Source: Sphacelaria rigidula (taxonomy: Eukaryota). Taken from it: a stretch of DNA of 45,281 nt. Below are positions 11,268 to 24,391 of the stretch, in pieces (the stretch's first letter is position 1; each line of letters starts with the position of its first letter). The stretch lies in assembly GCA_964200075.2 (NCBI GenBank), contig CAXNAA020000005.1, positions 1 through 45,281 on the forward strand. Direction: 5' to 3'. The position numbers and the translations under genes are program-made. The notes below the pieces were generated by a model that was given only the letters and a program-made list of their open reading frames with translations, was not told the DNA's origin and made no database searches.

Positions 11268-11687
11268 TTATAATTTGTTTATTATTTTTGTTTTAATAGG
11301 AATTTTAAATTGAGCTAATTTAAGCGCTTTTAATCCAATTAAAGCATTTGGTGTATCTATTTCACATAGAACAGTTCCACTTCTTACTTTAAAAACTCAA
11401 CGATGAACATTTCCTTTTCCTTTCCCCATTCTTACTTCAAGTGGTTTTTTAGTAACTTGAGTATTAGGAAAAATGTTTATTTTAAGTTTTCCTTTCTTTT
11501 TTATTAATTTGTTTACTGTTTGTCTTAAAGCACTTATTTGTTTTGATGTCATATGACCTGTACTAACTGCTTTTAAACTTAGTTTTCCAAATATAGATGA
11601 ATTAAAGGTATATACTTTATTTATTGTATTTAGTTTTTTACCTTTTTGTTTTTTTCTAAATTTTCATTTTTTTGGTGTAAATAACAT
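11268..11687 (-). CDS. rpl16: Ribosomal protein L16
   Basis: PKKWKFRKKQKG, TKKPLEVRMGKGKG motifs. Confidence 0.96.
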
Positions 11688-11695
11688 AAATTAGT

Positions 11696-13171
11696 TTATT
11701 CTTTCTTTTTTGAAACTTTTGGTTCCTTAGTTATCTCTTTTTTTAATAACTTTTCATCTTTAGATTTAGATGATGCTTTTTTAACTATTTTATCTGCTTT
11801 TTTTACTTTAGTAGATTTAGAAGTTGCTTTCTTCTTTTTTGATTTAGTAACAATACTATTTGCTTTGTATTGTAAAATTACATTTTTAATTGCAAGATTT
11901 TTTGTTCCAACAAATTTTTTACTTTTTTTTAGCTTAATCGAAGTGTTTCTTGTAATAGAAGGACTTTTTTTTGGAATATAAAATTTTACATTATCTGCAT
12001 TTTCTTTAATTTCAATTAATTTACGTTTTAAAGCGGTAATTTTATTAATTGCTTTTAATTTTTTTACTTTATTCGCTTTAGTCATTCTTTTCTTCTTTTT
12101 TGCTAATAAAGGAACTTTCTCATTAGTTAAATCTATCTTTTTCTCCGCTTTTTTATTTTTTATTGCAGAAAAAAGCTTAGTATTTAATTTTTTTAAAAGT
12201 ATTTTAGTTTGTGGAAGAGATAACTTTTTATTTTGTTTTCAAGTTTTCTTTTTTAATTTTTTATTTTTACTATTATCTTTATCAATTTCTTTTTGAGTTT
12301 TAATATAATTTGCTCATAAAGAAAGTCCAAAACAACCATATAAAGTATTAATATGAATTTTACTTAAATCATTTTTTGAACATAAAGTTTGTATTCCAAT
12401 AGCACCTACAGAAAGTTTAAAAGAATTTGAACGTAATTTACCTTTGATTTTTCCATTTAGTAGTAATTTAATACCTTTTACTTTTGATCTTGGTAAACTA
12501 ATTACAACATTTAATACAGTTTTAATAAATGTAAAAAATTTACTATGTGATCTTTTAGGTAAAAAACGAAAAATAGTACCTATAATATTACAAAAAGTTT
12601 CAAGATTTATTTTTTTTGTAGCAAATAAAGAAGTTAATTTAATAAAATCATAAAATAAATTAAAACGTCTAGAAAAAAGAGGTTTTTTAAATTTTCTTAG
12701 TTCTTTATAAATAAGTAATTTTAAACCTAAAATTTCATGTTTGTTAATTAAATGAATTTTTACATTAACTAAATTACTTTTTAGCATTGTTTTTAAGACT
12801 TTAACAACAGTTTTATAGTTACCCTTTTTTTTTAAAATTGCTTTTTTTCTACCTTTATAAGTTCTTTTTAAAAAGTTACGTCTTCCTTTAGTTTGTTGTA
12901 AAGCAAGTTTTCTTTTTACTTGTTGAATATTTTTAACTTTTTTTTTGTATTTTGCAATTTTTTGAGTTTTGAAAAAAACATCTAATGCAACATTAGTATG
13001 TTCGTTAGATATTGTTGTTGTATGTGAAGTAATAATAACACCTTTTTTATCAAAACATTTTTTTAAAACATTGATAAAACTGGTAGTTTCTCACATTTGT
13101 TTTGCATTAAATGAAGTATTTAAATTTTCATTATTTTTTCTTAAAGTTAAAAGATTAGATTTTTGTCCCAT
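11696..13171 (-). CDS. rps3: Ribosomal protein S3 with ~200-aa Lys-rich C-terminal extension (491 aa)
   Basis: MGQKSNLLTLRK start, KGIKLLLNGKIKG, TLYGCFGLSLW; the frame continues to 11696. Confidence 0.9.
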
Positions 13172-13184
13172 AAATTATAATTTT

Positions 13185-13454
13185 TTATTTTTTTTTAGCT
13201 TTTGCTTTAATTTTGTTTTCTTTTTTTGTAAAAGTTTTTGTATATGCAAATTGTCCAAACTTAAATCCTACTTTTTCACGTGATATATATGATTTTATAA
13301 AGGTTTTACCATTATGAATATATACTGGTTGGCCAATAAGAGTAGCTGGAATAGCACTATTACGTGTTCATATTAATTTTTTATTTCTATTTAAAAACTT
13401 CTTATTTAATAAAAAGTTATAAATGAATTTTCCTTTTCAAATTGATCTTGTCAT
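13185..13454 (-). CDS. rps19: Ribosomal protein S19
   Basis: MTRSIWKGKF, IWTRNSAIP, IHNGK, VGFKFGQFAYTK. Confidence 0.96.
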
Positions 13455-13458
13455 AAAT

Positions 13459-14256
13459 TTATTTTCTTTTTCTTAAATGATATCCCGCTTTTGTAGGTAA
13501 TCCTCAAGGTGTAACAGGTGGTTTACCACCATTTGATCTACCACCATGTGGATGATCAACTGGATTCATTGCAATACCTCTAACAGTAGGTCTTTTACCT
13601 AATTTTCTATTAATTCCAGCTTTACCTATTATAGTAAGATTACTTTGGGTATTTGAAATTATACCAATTGTTGCATAATTATTAACACTAACTTCTATAA
13701 TTTTTTTTGAAGGAAGTTTTATTTTAGCTGTTTCAAAACCACGTTGAACAATTTGTCCATAAGTACCAGCAGATCTGATATATTTTGGTTTTATAGAATT
13801 TTTTAAAGTTAAATTATGAATTAATGTTCCAGTAGGTATATTATTTATTTTAGTTCTATAACCTAATTTTATATCTTCATTTATTTCATTCGATTCTTTT
13901 AATAATGTTCCGGGAAAAATAGAATCTGGGGCAGTATTAAAAAAAAATTTCTTTTTATTCAATTCAAAATTTAAATTAATAAAAGAATTTCTATTTGGAT
14001 CATAACAATTAGCAAGAACAAGAGAATTTGTTTCTTCATTTTTTTCTGTAGAAAATACATTTCTATATAAGTTTTTAACTCCACCTCCTTTATGTCAAAC
14101 TGTTATTCTACCATTAATAGAGCTTCTTCCGTTAGATTTTTTATTTTTAATTAGAATAGATTTAATAAGTTTATTATTTTTTGATAATAAGTTTTTTTGT
14201 ATTTTTACAATATGTCTAACACCATTTGATGTAGGTTTTAATCTTTTTAATTTCAT
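13459..14256 (-). CDS. rpl2: Ribosomal protein L2
   Basis: KPTSNGVRH, YDPNRNS, RPTVRGIAMNPVDHPHGG. Confidence 0.97.
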
Positions 14257-14287
14257 ATTTAATTTATAAAAGTATAATATACTAAAC

Positions 14288-14359
14288 ACACCCTTCGTCT
14301 AGCGGTTAGGACGTTGCCTTTTCACGGCAAAAATATGGGTTCGATTCCCATAGGGTGTA
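14288..14359 (+). tRNA. trnE: tRNA-Glu(UUC)
   Basis: Cloverleaf, loop TTTTCAC. Confidence 0.95.
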
Positions 14360-14408
14360 TAAAAAAATGCTTATTAATATATAAGTAAAACATCAAATAT
14401 ATAAAAAT

Positions 14409-15935
14409 ATGGATATTATTATTTTAAAATCATTTATACCTGAAATCTTTTTATCAATGTCAATATTATTTCAATTAATATATAATATCAAGATAATAAA
14501 TATATTTAAATATAATTTTCCTATTATAGATAAAGAAGTTTTTTATCAAACCTTTTTTATTTTAATAAGTTTATTTTTTATTTATAGTAATTTAAAAATA
14601 GAAGGGTACTTTTCTAACTTTCTATTTATAAATGATAAAAGTATTGTATATATGAAAATGGCAATGCTAATTGCTTGTTTTTTTATATTACATGTAATAT
14701 TACAAACTTTTATTTTACAATCTTTAAATTTCTTTGAATATTTTATTATATTTTTATTATCAATATTATCTTTATTGTTATTAATTAGCTCTTCTGATTT
14801 AATTTCTTTTTATTTAGTAATTGAAATGCAATCACTTTGTTTTTACATTTTAGCAAGTTTTAAACGAGATTCTTCTTTTTCTACTGAAGCCGGATTAAAA
14901 TATTTCATTTCTGGTGCTTTTATTTCTGGAGTTTTCTTATATGGAAGTAGTTTATTATATGGTTGTTTAGGTACTTTAAATTTTAATGCGTTAAGTTTAT
15001 TATTAGCTTTTCCTTTAGAGTCTTTTACCGAATTACATTTCTTTGTTTTTATTGGTTCTTTATGTGTAACTGCAACTTTATTATTTAAAATTGCTTGTGC
15101 ACCTTTCCATTTTTGAGCACCTGATGTTTATGAAGGATCACCATTAAGTTCTACTATTATATTTTCAGTAATACCAAAAATTTCAGTAGTTTACTTCTTT
15201 ATTAAATGAATTCTTGCTTTAGGAACCGCTATGGTTGATCTACAAGGATTACTATTATGATGTGGATTATTATCTGCACTAGTAGGAACTTTTTATGCTT
15301 TAAGCCAAAAAAGACTAAAAAAACTAATTATATATAGTTCAATCGCTCAAATAGGATTTATTGTTGCTGGTCTTTCTTTAAATACTTTAGGAGGAAATGT
15401 TGCAGTTTTATTCTTTCTTTTTATGTATGTTATTACATCTATCTTAATTTGAAGCCACTTCGCGTTATTTTATAACTTTCAAAGTCAAATTAATGAATTT
15501 GAAAATAAACCTTCTACCTCAATGTTTATTTCTAGTTTAACCAATTTTTTCCAATTTAATAAATTATGAGCATTCTCTTTTGTAATTATCTTTTTTTCAA
15601 TTGGAGGTATACCACCTTTAACTGGATTTCTATCAAAAATCTGAATTGTATCAGAAATAGTTAACACTAATAATAGTATTGCGGCGGCTTTATTAGTTAT
15701 CATAAGTGCAGCTTCTGTTTTTTATTATATCAGAATGATAAAAATGATGTACTTCGAACCCAAAAATATAGAAAAAAATTATGAAAAATTTCAAATTATT
15801 TTTCATACAGCGTTTTTAGATAATATTTATGTTATTTTTGCATTCTTATTATTCTTATTACTAATTATATTTTTTTGCCCAACCATGCCATTACTAGTTT
15901 GTCAATATTTAGTATTAACTATGTCTAGTTTTTAA
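14409..15935 (+). CDS. nad2: NADH dehydrogenase subunit 2
   Basis: STEAGLKYF, FKIACAPFHFWAPDVYEG, SIGGIPPLTGF. Confidence 0.97.
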
Positions 15936-15957
15936 TAAAAATATATATATATAAAAT

Positions 15958-16500
15958 ATGAAAACAAAAAATTTAATAAAAATGAATGAAGTTTTTCCAA
16001 TTATTAGATCTTTTTCTCCTGGAAATGAAGACACAATAATTGTATCTCATGCAAATCTATTATTTTCTTTAAAATGTTTAAAATTACATATTAATTATCA
16101 ATACAAATTATTATCTTGTATTTCTGGTGTTGATTTTATTAATTGTAAATACCGTTTTGGTGTTATTTATGATATTTTAAGTTTAACTAATAATAATAGA
16201 TTACGTGTTAAAGTATTTGTTAATGAAATAACTCCTGTTGATTCTGCTATAAATATTTATATTAATAGTAACTGATGAGAAAGAGAAATTTGAGATATGT
16301 ATGGAATTTATTTTAATAATAATCCAGACTTAAGAAGAATATTAACTGATTACGGTTTTGAAGGTTATCCAATGAGAAAGGATTTTCCTTTATCTGGTTA
16401 TATCGAATTGAGATATGATCAAGGTAAAAAAAGAATTGTATTAAAGCCTTTAGAGCTTCCTCAAGAATTTCGAACTTTTAATTTTGAAATGCCTTGATAG
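15958..16500 (+). CDS. nad9: NADH dehydrogenase subunit 9
   Basis: [34 protein letters not shown]; ends TGA-TAG. Confidence 0.97.
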
Positions 16501-16523
16501 TAATTAAAAAAAAAATAAAAAAT

Positions 16524-17720
16524 ATGATCTTAAAAAAAAGAGAACTTAATAAAGAATTAAAAAATTTTACTATTAATTTCGGTCCTCAACATCCAGCTGC
16601 TCATGGAGTTCTACGTTTAATCTTAGAATTAGATGGAGAAGTTGTAATTCGCGCTGATCCACATATCGGTTTATTACATAGAGGAACAGAAAAATTAATA
16701 GAATATAAAACTTATTTACAAGCATTGCCATATTTTGATAGATTAGATTATGTATCTATGATGGCACAAGAACATACTTATTCTTTAGCTGTAGAAAAAA
16801 TAGGTAATATCCAAGTTCCTTATCGTGCAAAAGTTATTCGTGTAATATTTGCTGAAATAACTCGTATTTTAAATCATCTACTTGCTGTTGGTTGTCATGC
16901 AATGGATGTTGGAGCTATGACCCCATTCTTATGAGCGTTTGAGGAACGTGAAAAATTAATGGAATTTTATGAGCGCGTTTCGGGTGCAAGAATGCATGCT
17001 GCTTATATTAGACCTGGAGGTGTAAGTGCAGATATACCTGCTGGGTTTTTAGATGATTTATATATCTTTATAGATCAATTTAATTTAAGAATTGATGAAA
17101 TTGAGGAAATGCTTACCGGTAACCGTATATGAAAAGAAAGATTAGTAGATATCGGGGTTGTAAGCGCTCAAAAAGCAGTAGATTGAGGATTTAGTGGTGT
17201 TATGTTACGTGGATCAGGAGTTCCTTGAGATCTTAGAAAATCACAACCATATGAAATCTATTCAGATATCAATTTTGATATTCCAGTAGGTAGTGAAGGA
17301 GATTGTTATGATCGTTATTTAGTAAGAATTGAAGAAATGCGTCAATCTTTAGTTATTCTTGAACAAGCTATTAATTTTATGACTCCTGGACCTATTAAAA
17401 CAAATGATTATAAAGTATGTGCACCTTCTCGTTTAGAAATGAAAAATTCTATGGAAACTGTAATACATCACTTTAAATTCTTTACCGAAGGTATTATTTT
17501 ACCAAAAGGAGAAACTTATACTGCTACTGAAGCACCTAAAGGAGAATTCGGAGTATATTTAATCTCTGATAATACCGAAAAACCCTATAGATGTAAAATT
17601 AAAGCACCCGGATTTGGTCATCTACAAGCTTTAAATGAAATGTCAAGAGGTCATATGATCGCTGATGTTGTTACTATAATAGGTACCCAAGATATTGTTT
17701 TTGGGGAAATAGACCGATAA
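16524..17720 (+). CDS. nad7: NADH dehydrogenase subunit 7
   Basis: [15 protein letters not shown] ... DIVFGEIDR. Confidence 0.98.
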
Positions 17721-17736
17721 AACCAAAACAAAATTT

Positions 17737-19476
17737 ATGAATTTACTTGATATTATTAATGATTTTGGGATATTTTCATTTATTACTATGGTAATAAAAA
17801 TATCTTTTCTAATCTTACCAATATATTTACAAAATATTTTTTTTTTAGCAACAACTACTTATATATTAATATTACTTTGAACTTTTTTAAAATGAGTATA
17901 TTTCCTTTATAATAGTCATCCTTATAACCGTATTATGTTTACAGCAGGAGCGATATTTATATTATCTGATATAATTATCAATCAAATAGAACATATCTAT
18001 TTATCTTATTTCTTCTTTATATTAATAGCCGGTATCTTATTATTAATTTTATGTAAAGATTTAAATGTATTACGTTATATATCATTTGTTGTATCAGGAA
18101 GTGTATTATTATTATCAATTAAATTATTAAAAGCATTTAATCCAAAATTAAAAATTTTTCAATCTAATATAGATGGAGAAATATCTACCAAATTCCAATC
18201 ATTTACTAATTATGAATGAGGTTTTGATTTTATCAATTTAGGCTACTCTTTTGGAATTGATGGATTATCTATCTATTTTATTGTATTAACTTGTTTATTA
18301 ATTTTTCTTTGTATTTTATTTATTTGAAATGATAAAAACTTTAAAGAATATGCATTAACTTTAATAATAATAGAATTATTCTTATTTATTATTTTTTCTG
18401 TTTTAGACCTTTTCCTTTTTTATATTTTCTTTGAAGCCATTTTAATACCTATGTATTTATTAATTGGGGTATGAGGTTCTAGAGAAAGAAAAATTCGTGC
18501 AGTATATTTATTCTTTTTTTATACTTTTTGTGGTTCTATTTTATTTCTTATTGCAATATTATACATTTATTCTATTACTGGAACCTTAAATTTAGAATAT
18601 TTATTAGCATTTAATTTTAGTATTACTGATCAAAAAATATTATGATTATGTTGTTTCTTATCTTTTGCCTCTAAAATACCAATGTTCCCTTTTCATATTT
18701 GATTGCCAGAAGCGCATGTTGAAGCACCTACTGTAGGTTCGGTTTTACTTGCTGGTATTTTATTAAAACTTGGTGTATATGGTTTCTTAAGATTTAGTAT
18801 TACTTTATTCCCTGATGCTTCTATTTTCTTTTCACCTTTTGTATATTTATTATCTATTATAGGTGTTTTATATGCTTCAATGAGTGCTATTAGACAAACT
18901 GATTTAAAAAGAATTATTGCTTATTCTTCTGTTGCCCATATGAATTTAGTAACCTTAGGTATCTTTTCTTTCAATGTTATTGGAATTGAAGGAGCAATTT
19001 TACAAAGTATTAGTCATGGTTTTGTTTCAGGAGGAATGTTCCTTTTAATTGGAGTTTTATATAATCGTTATCATTCAAGATTTTTATATTATTATGGAGG
19101 TTTAGTACAAATGATGCCGATATATGCAATCTTCTTCTTAATTTTTACTTTCGCAAATATTGCAATTCCTGGAACTAGTAGTTTCGTTGGTGAATTTTTA
19201 ATTTTAGCTGGAATTTTTAAAACTAATGTTGTTACCGCAATTATAAGTGCTTTAGGAGTTATTTTATGTGGTGCTTATTCTTTATGATTATATAATAGAG
19301 TTATATTTGGAAATTTAAAAATTGATTATACTATTAAATTTAAAGATATGGATTTAAAAGAATTTATTGTTTTAGCTCCGTTATTTGTATTGATCTTTGT
19401 TATGGGAATTTATCCTACACTTTTTTCTTCTTATATTAAAATATTCTCAGCTAGTTTATCTTTTGTAACAGTATAA
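17737..19476 (+). CDS. nad4: NADH dehydrogenase subunit 4 (possible N-terminal extension)
   Basis: GIDGLS, WLPEAHVEAPT, IIAYSSVAHM; open from ATG 17737, true start uncertain. Confidence 0.95.
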
Positions 19477-19485
19477 ATAAAATTT

Positions 19486-20100
19486 ATGAATGTTAAAAAT
19501 TATACCATGTCATCATCAAATTATTTATTAAATTATGATTTAATTAATAAATATAATATGAAAAATGTTTACAAATTTCCAAAAGTAAAAACATTAAGAT
19601 TAAAATTATACTCTGAAGATCTAAAAAAAGGTTTCATTAACACCATATCTAAAAATGAACTAGAAATTATGTATAGTAGAGTTTACCTTATATTATACGT
19701 TTTATTAAGCTTTTTTCCAAAAATTACAGTAAATACCAAAAGAATTTTTAAAAAAAGAGGTTCTAATTTAGATGATGATAGTTTATCTTTTGAAGTAACT
19801 ATCAGAAACAAAAAATACATTAATGCCTTTTTATACAAACTATCCGTAGAAACCGCATTTAGAAAAAAAAACATAGACAACCTTGCTCTATCTAAAATAT
19901 CAACACAACAGAATAGTATTTTTAGTTTAAATACTAATATCCCTTTATCTCAATTTTCTGAGGTTCACGAATTTTTTGAATTATTTTATAATGATGTTAA
20001 TCTAGATCATTTTCCTTTACGTTCAAATATTATATATACTAATATGATACATAATGTTAAAGTACAAAATTTATTAAAACATTCTTCTTTTTTTGGATAA
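19486..20100 (+). CDS. rpl5: Ribosomal protein L5 (divergent)
   Basis: YDLINKYNMKNVYKFPKVKTL N-terminal pattern and FEVTIRNK, typical of mitochondrial L5. Confidence 0.8.
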   Translation: MNVKNYTMSSSNYLLNYDLINKYNMKNVYKFPKVKTLRLKLYSEDLKKGFINTISKNELEIMYSRVYLILYVLLSFFPKITVNTKRIFKKRGSNLDDDSLSFEVTIRNKKYINAFLYKLSVETAFRKKNIDNLALSKISTQQNSIFSLNTNIPLSQFSEVHEFFELFYNDVNLDHFPLRSNIIYTNMIHNVKVQNLLKHSSFFG

Positions 20101-20118
20101 AATATATTGCAAATTTAA

Positions 20119-20290
20119 TTCATAAGGTACCCCCCTTTACTATTTTTTTAAAGAGAAAAACAAGCAATAAACAGCTGTTTTTAAAAACGAAAAAAGCAGG
20201 ATTAATCCCCGTTTTTTTATAAAAGAATAATTTTTGCTAATTTTATTAATTTTTTTATTAAAATAAAAAAAGAATGGTTAGTTGCTGTAA
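20119..20290 (+). repeat. Dispersed element copy 2: AAGG-TACCCC-CCTT plus boxes
   Basis: Core at 20124-20137; GCAATAAA at 20164, TTAGTTGC at 20278. Confidence 0.75.
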
Positions 20291-20341
20291 TTTAAGAAAA
20301 AAGTTACAAATGTAATTATTAAAAGAAAAAACTAAAATTTA

Positions 20342-20415
20342 GGGCTTTTAGTTTAAATTGGTAGAGCATACCGCTCATAACGGTACCTGTGTAGGTTCGA
20401 TCCCTGCAAAGCCCA
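20342..20415 (+). tRNA. trnI: tRNA with CAU anticodon, likely Ile(CAU, lysidine type)
   Basis: GGGCTT acceptor and CTCATAA loop; two other CAU tRNAs fit fMet and Met. Confidence 0.8.
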
Positions 20416-20426
20416 TAAAATTTTTT

Positions 20427-20499
20427 AGAACTATAGCCAAATGGTTAAGGCATTCGCTTTTGAAGCGAACATGTAGAGGTTCGATTCCTCTTAGTTCTG
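20427..20499 (+). tRNA. trnQ: tRNA-Gln(UUG)
   Basis: Cloverleaf, loop TTTTGAA. Confidence 0.93.
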
Positions 20500-20521
20500 G
20501 TAAACAATCAAAAAAGTTTTC

Positions 20522-20592
20522 GCGAATATAAATTAATGGTAGATTTTCTGCCTTCCAAGCAGACGGTATGAGTTCGAATCTCATTATTCGCA
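20522..20592 (+). tRNA. trnG: tRNA-Gly(UCC)
   Basis: Cloverleaf, loop CTTCCAA. Confidence 0.95.
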
Positions 20593-20610
20593 TAAATTGA
20601 ATATAAAAAG

Positions 20611-20683
20611 AGAAGGATAGCTCAATTGGTAGAGCACTGGTCTTCAAAACCATAGGCTGTGAGTTCGAGTCTCGCTCTTTCTG
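20611..20683 (+). tRNA. trnW: tRNA-Trp(UCA), reads UGA/UGG
   Basis: Loop CTTCAAA, G discriminator. Confidence 0.95.
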
Positions 20684-20730
20684 TAAAGTTTTTATTCTAT
20701 TATTATACTTTTTATTTAAATATATAAAAA

Positions 20731-20803
20731 GGGAATATATCTCAAGTGGTAGAGTAGATGCTTTGCATGCATAAGGTTATCGGTTCAAGTCCGATTATTT
20801 CCA
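20731..20803 (+). tRNA. trnA: tRNA-Ala(UGC)
   Basis: Loop TTTGCAT, G3:U70 pair. Confidence 0.93.
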
Positions 20804-20850
20804 TATTTTTATAAAATGGTAATATCATACCTTTTTGTTATATTAATATT

Positions 20851-22785
20851 ATGTTATTACTAATATTAGTTTTTCCTTTCTTAGGTTTTTTAAGTGGAAG
20901 TTTATTTGGGCGTTTTATTGGGTTAGGTATTTCATATATTACCACAATGTTCACCTTTTTTTCATTTTTAATCTCTTTTGGATTATTAGTGGAAATAGCA
21001 AGTACTGGAAATGTTTACTTTGTAAAAGTTTTAGACTGAATTCATATCGATTCTTTAGTTTTAGATTGAAATTTTTGTTTTGATAGTTTAACAGCAGTTA
21101 TGTTAGTAATTGTTACTTTTATCTCAACTTTAGTTCATTTATATTCTACTGAATATATGGAAAATGATCCTCATTTACCAAGATTCATGTCTTATTTATC
21201 TTTATTTACTTGTTTCATGTTAATCCTTGTAACTGCTAATAATTTTTTACAAATGTTCGTAGGTTGAGAAGGTGTTGGTGTTTCTTCTTATTTACTAATT
21301 AATTTCTGATTTACTAGAATACAAGCTAATAAAGCAGCTATAAAAGCAATGTTAATTAATAGAGTAGGAGATTTTGCATTATTATTAGCAATTTTTACTA
21401 TCTATTTTGTTTTTAATAGTCTTAATTATGATATTGTTTTTTCTTTAGCTTCTTTATCAGAAAATTCACGTATTATTTTTGGGAATTTTGAAATCCCAAC
21501 CATTGATTTAATATGTATCTTCTTATTTATAGGAGCTATGGGTAAATCAGCACAATTAGGTTTACATACTTGATTACCAGATGCAATGGAAGGACCCACT
21601 CCTGTATCTGCATTAATTCATGCTGCTACAATGGTTACAGCAGGAGTATTTCTTGTAAGTCGTTGTTCATATATCTTTGAATTTTCTCCATTCACATTAA
21701 ATATTATCATCTTAATTGGTTCAGCAACCGCATTTTTTGCTTCAACTACTGGATTATTTCAAAATGATATGAAAAAAGTAATTGCTTATTCTACTTGTAG
21801 TCAATTAGGGTATATGATTTTTGCTTGTGGACTATCAAGTTATGAAGTAGGTTTATTTCATTTATCTAATCATGCTTTTTTTAAAGCATTATTATTCTTA
21901 GGTGCTGGATCAGTAATTCATGCATTATCTGATGAGCAAGATATGCGTAAAATGGGAGGTGTTAGAAGAATACTTCCATTGTCTTATTCAATTATGTTAA
22001 TTGGTTCTTTTGCTTTAATGGGATTCCCATTTTTAGCTGGATTCTTTTCTAAAGATGTAATCTTAGAAATTAGTTATGGAACTTATACTATTTGTGGACA
22101 ATTTTCTTATATATTAGGAACATTAGCAGCATTTGCAACAGCTTTTTATTCAATAAGATTATTATATTTAGTATTCTTAGCAAACCCGAACAGTAATAAA
22201 AATGTTATTTTTAATGCGCATGAAGGAAGTATTAGAATGGCATTTCCTTTATTTATTTTATGTATATTAAGTATATTTGTAGGTTATCTTACTAAAGATT
22301 TATTTATTGGATTTGGTACCGATTATTGAGGTCCAGCATTATTTGTAAGTCCTTATAAATATGTTTTAAGTGATATTGAATTTTTAGATTTAAGATTTAA
22401 ACTTTTACCTTTAATTGTAACTTTATTAGGAGCTTCAAGTTCATTTTTATTATATAAATATGGATTAAAATCATATTATAATTTAAAACAAACTTCTTTA
22501 TTTATATTTTTTTATACATTTTTTAATAAAAAATGATACTTTGATAGAATTTATAATGAATTTATTTCTCAAAATGCATTAATTTCAAGTTATAATTATT
22601 TTTATAAAACAATTGATAGAGGATTAATCGAAAAAGTAGGACCATTTGGAATTGTTAATGCAGTAAAAAACACATCTACTGAAATTAAAAAATATCAAAC
22701 TGGAAATATTAGAAATTATTTAATTTATTTTGCAACTTTTATTTTTGTTATTATTATTTGTAAAAGAATTATTTTCTTTATTTAA
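20851..22785 (+). CDS. nad5: NADH dehydrogenase subunit 5
   Basis: [42 protein letters not shown]. Confidence 0.98.
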
Positions 22786-22803
22786 TTTTATTTCAAAAAC
22801 GAT

Positions 22804-22877
22804 GGTAAATATAGCTTAATTGGTAGAGTATCAAATTGTGGCTTTGATGGTTGTGGGTTCGAGTCCCATTATTTGCC
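22804..22877 (+). tRNA. trnH: tRNA-His(GUG)
   Basis: Loop TTGTGGC, encoded G-1. Confidence 0.93.
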
Positions 22878-22896
22878 TTATTTTTATCTTATCTCA

Positions 22897-22979
22897 GCTC
22901 AGTTGGCGAAAGTGGTAGACGCGACAGACTTAAAATTTGTTCTTGATAAGAGGTATTGGTTCAAGTCCGATACTGAGCA
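22897..22979 (+). tRNA. trnL: tRNA-Leu(UAA)
   Basis: Loop CTTAAAA, long variable arm. Confidence 0.95.
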
Positions 22980-23021
22980 GAAAATATTTTTATTTATTTT
23001 CATCCAAATTTAATTTAACTT

Positions 23022-23804
23022 ATGTTTTTTTTAAAAAATTTTATTACTTTTTGTGATGGTCCTGAACATTGACAAATTTTTCCACAAGATCCAGCAACCC
23101 CAATGATGGAAGGAATGATTGACTTCCATAATTATTTAGTTTTCTTTATTATTGCTATTGGTGTAGCTGTTTGTTGAGTTTTATTTATGGTACAATTTAG
23201 ATTTAATGTATCTTGACCTGACAGTAAAAAAATACAAAAATTTAATCATTCTAGTGTTTTAGAGATTATTTGAACAATTATTCCTGCAATTATTCTTGTT
23301 ATTATCGCTATCCCGTCTTTTGCTTTATTATATTCTTTAGATGAATTAATTGATCCAGCTATTACTGTTAAAATTATTGGACATCAATGATATTGAAGCT
23401 ATGAATTCTCTGATTATCATGTTTTAAGCGGAAGAGATGCTTTAAAATTTGATTGTTATATGATGAATGAAGATGAATTGCCAAAAAATGGTTGAGGGTT
23501 AAGATTATTAGAAACTCCTCATAAATTAATTTTACCAATTAATACTCATATTAGATTATTAATTACTTCAGCTGATGTTCTTCATAGTTGAGCTGTACCG
23601 TCTTTTGGTATTAAATTAGATGCTTGTCCAGGTAGATTAAGTCAAGCTTCTTTATTTATTAAAAGACCTGGGTTCTTCTATGGACAATGTAGTGAAATTT
23701 GTGGTGTAAATCATGCATTTATGCCGATTTCAATAAGATCAGTTCCTTATAGAACTTTTATGACTTGAGTTAACTATAAAGTTACTCATAGAGATAATTA
23801 TTAA
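23022..23804 (+). CDS. cox2: Cytochrome c oxidase subunit 2
   Basis: [40 protein letters not shown]. Confidence 0.98.
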
Positions 23805-23852
23805 TTTTTAATTACTAAAATTATCTTTAAATATTAGTTTTATTTAGATGGA

Positions 23853-23935
23853 GAAAGAATGGCTGAGTGGTTAAAAGCGATAGACTGTAAATCTATTAGA
23901 TATTTCTTACGTAGGTTCGAATCCTACTTCTTTCA
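23853..23935 (+). tRNA. trnY: tRNA-Tyr(GUA)
   Basis: Loop CTGTAAA, long variable arm. Confidence 0.95.
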
Positions 23936-23994
23936 TAAATTAAAAAAAAAGAAATGATATAAACAACCTTTCTTTTATTCTTATAATTATTTTT

Positions 23995-24381
23995 ATGATG
24001 GCATTCTTTTATAATGAAAATTTCTTTTATAATGAATCAATACGAATAGGTTTTTTACTTGTTTTTGCAATAGTTTTATCTGCTATTATAATCTTTTTAT
24101 CTTATTCTTTTAGTACTGCAGCTCCTGATAGTGAAAAAGTTTCGGCTTATGAATGTGGTTTTGATCCATATGAAGATGCTCGTAATGTATTCGATGTACG
24201 CTTTTATCTAGTAGCAATTCTATTCATTATTTTTGATCTTGAAGCTGTTTACTTCTTTCCTTGATGTGTTTCTTTTAGTTTATTAAATTTTGATGGTTTA
24301 TGAGGAATGATGGATTTTATCATTGAATTATTAATTGGATTTATTTATGCTTGAGAAGCTGGAGCATTAAATTGAGAATAA
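23995..24381 (+). CDS. nad3: NADH dehydrogenase subunit 3
   Basis: [25 protein letters not shown]. Confidence 0.98.
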
Positions 24382-24391
24382 TCTATAAATT

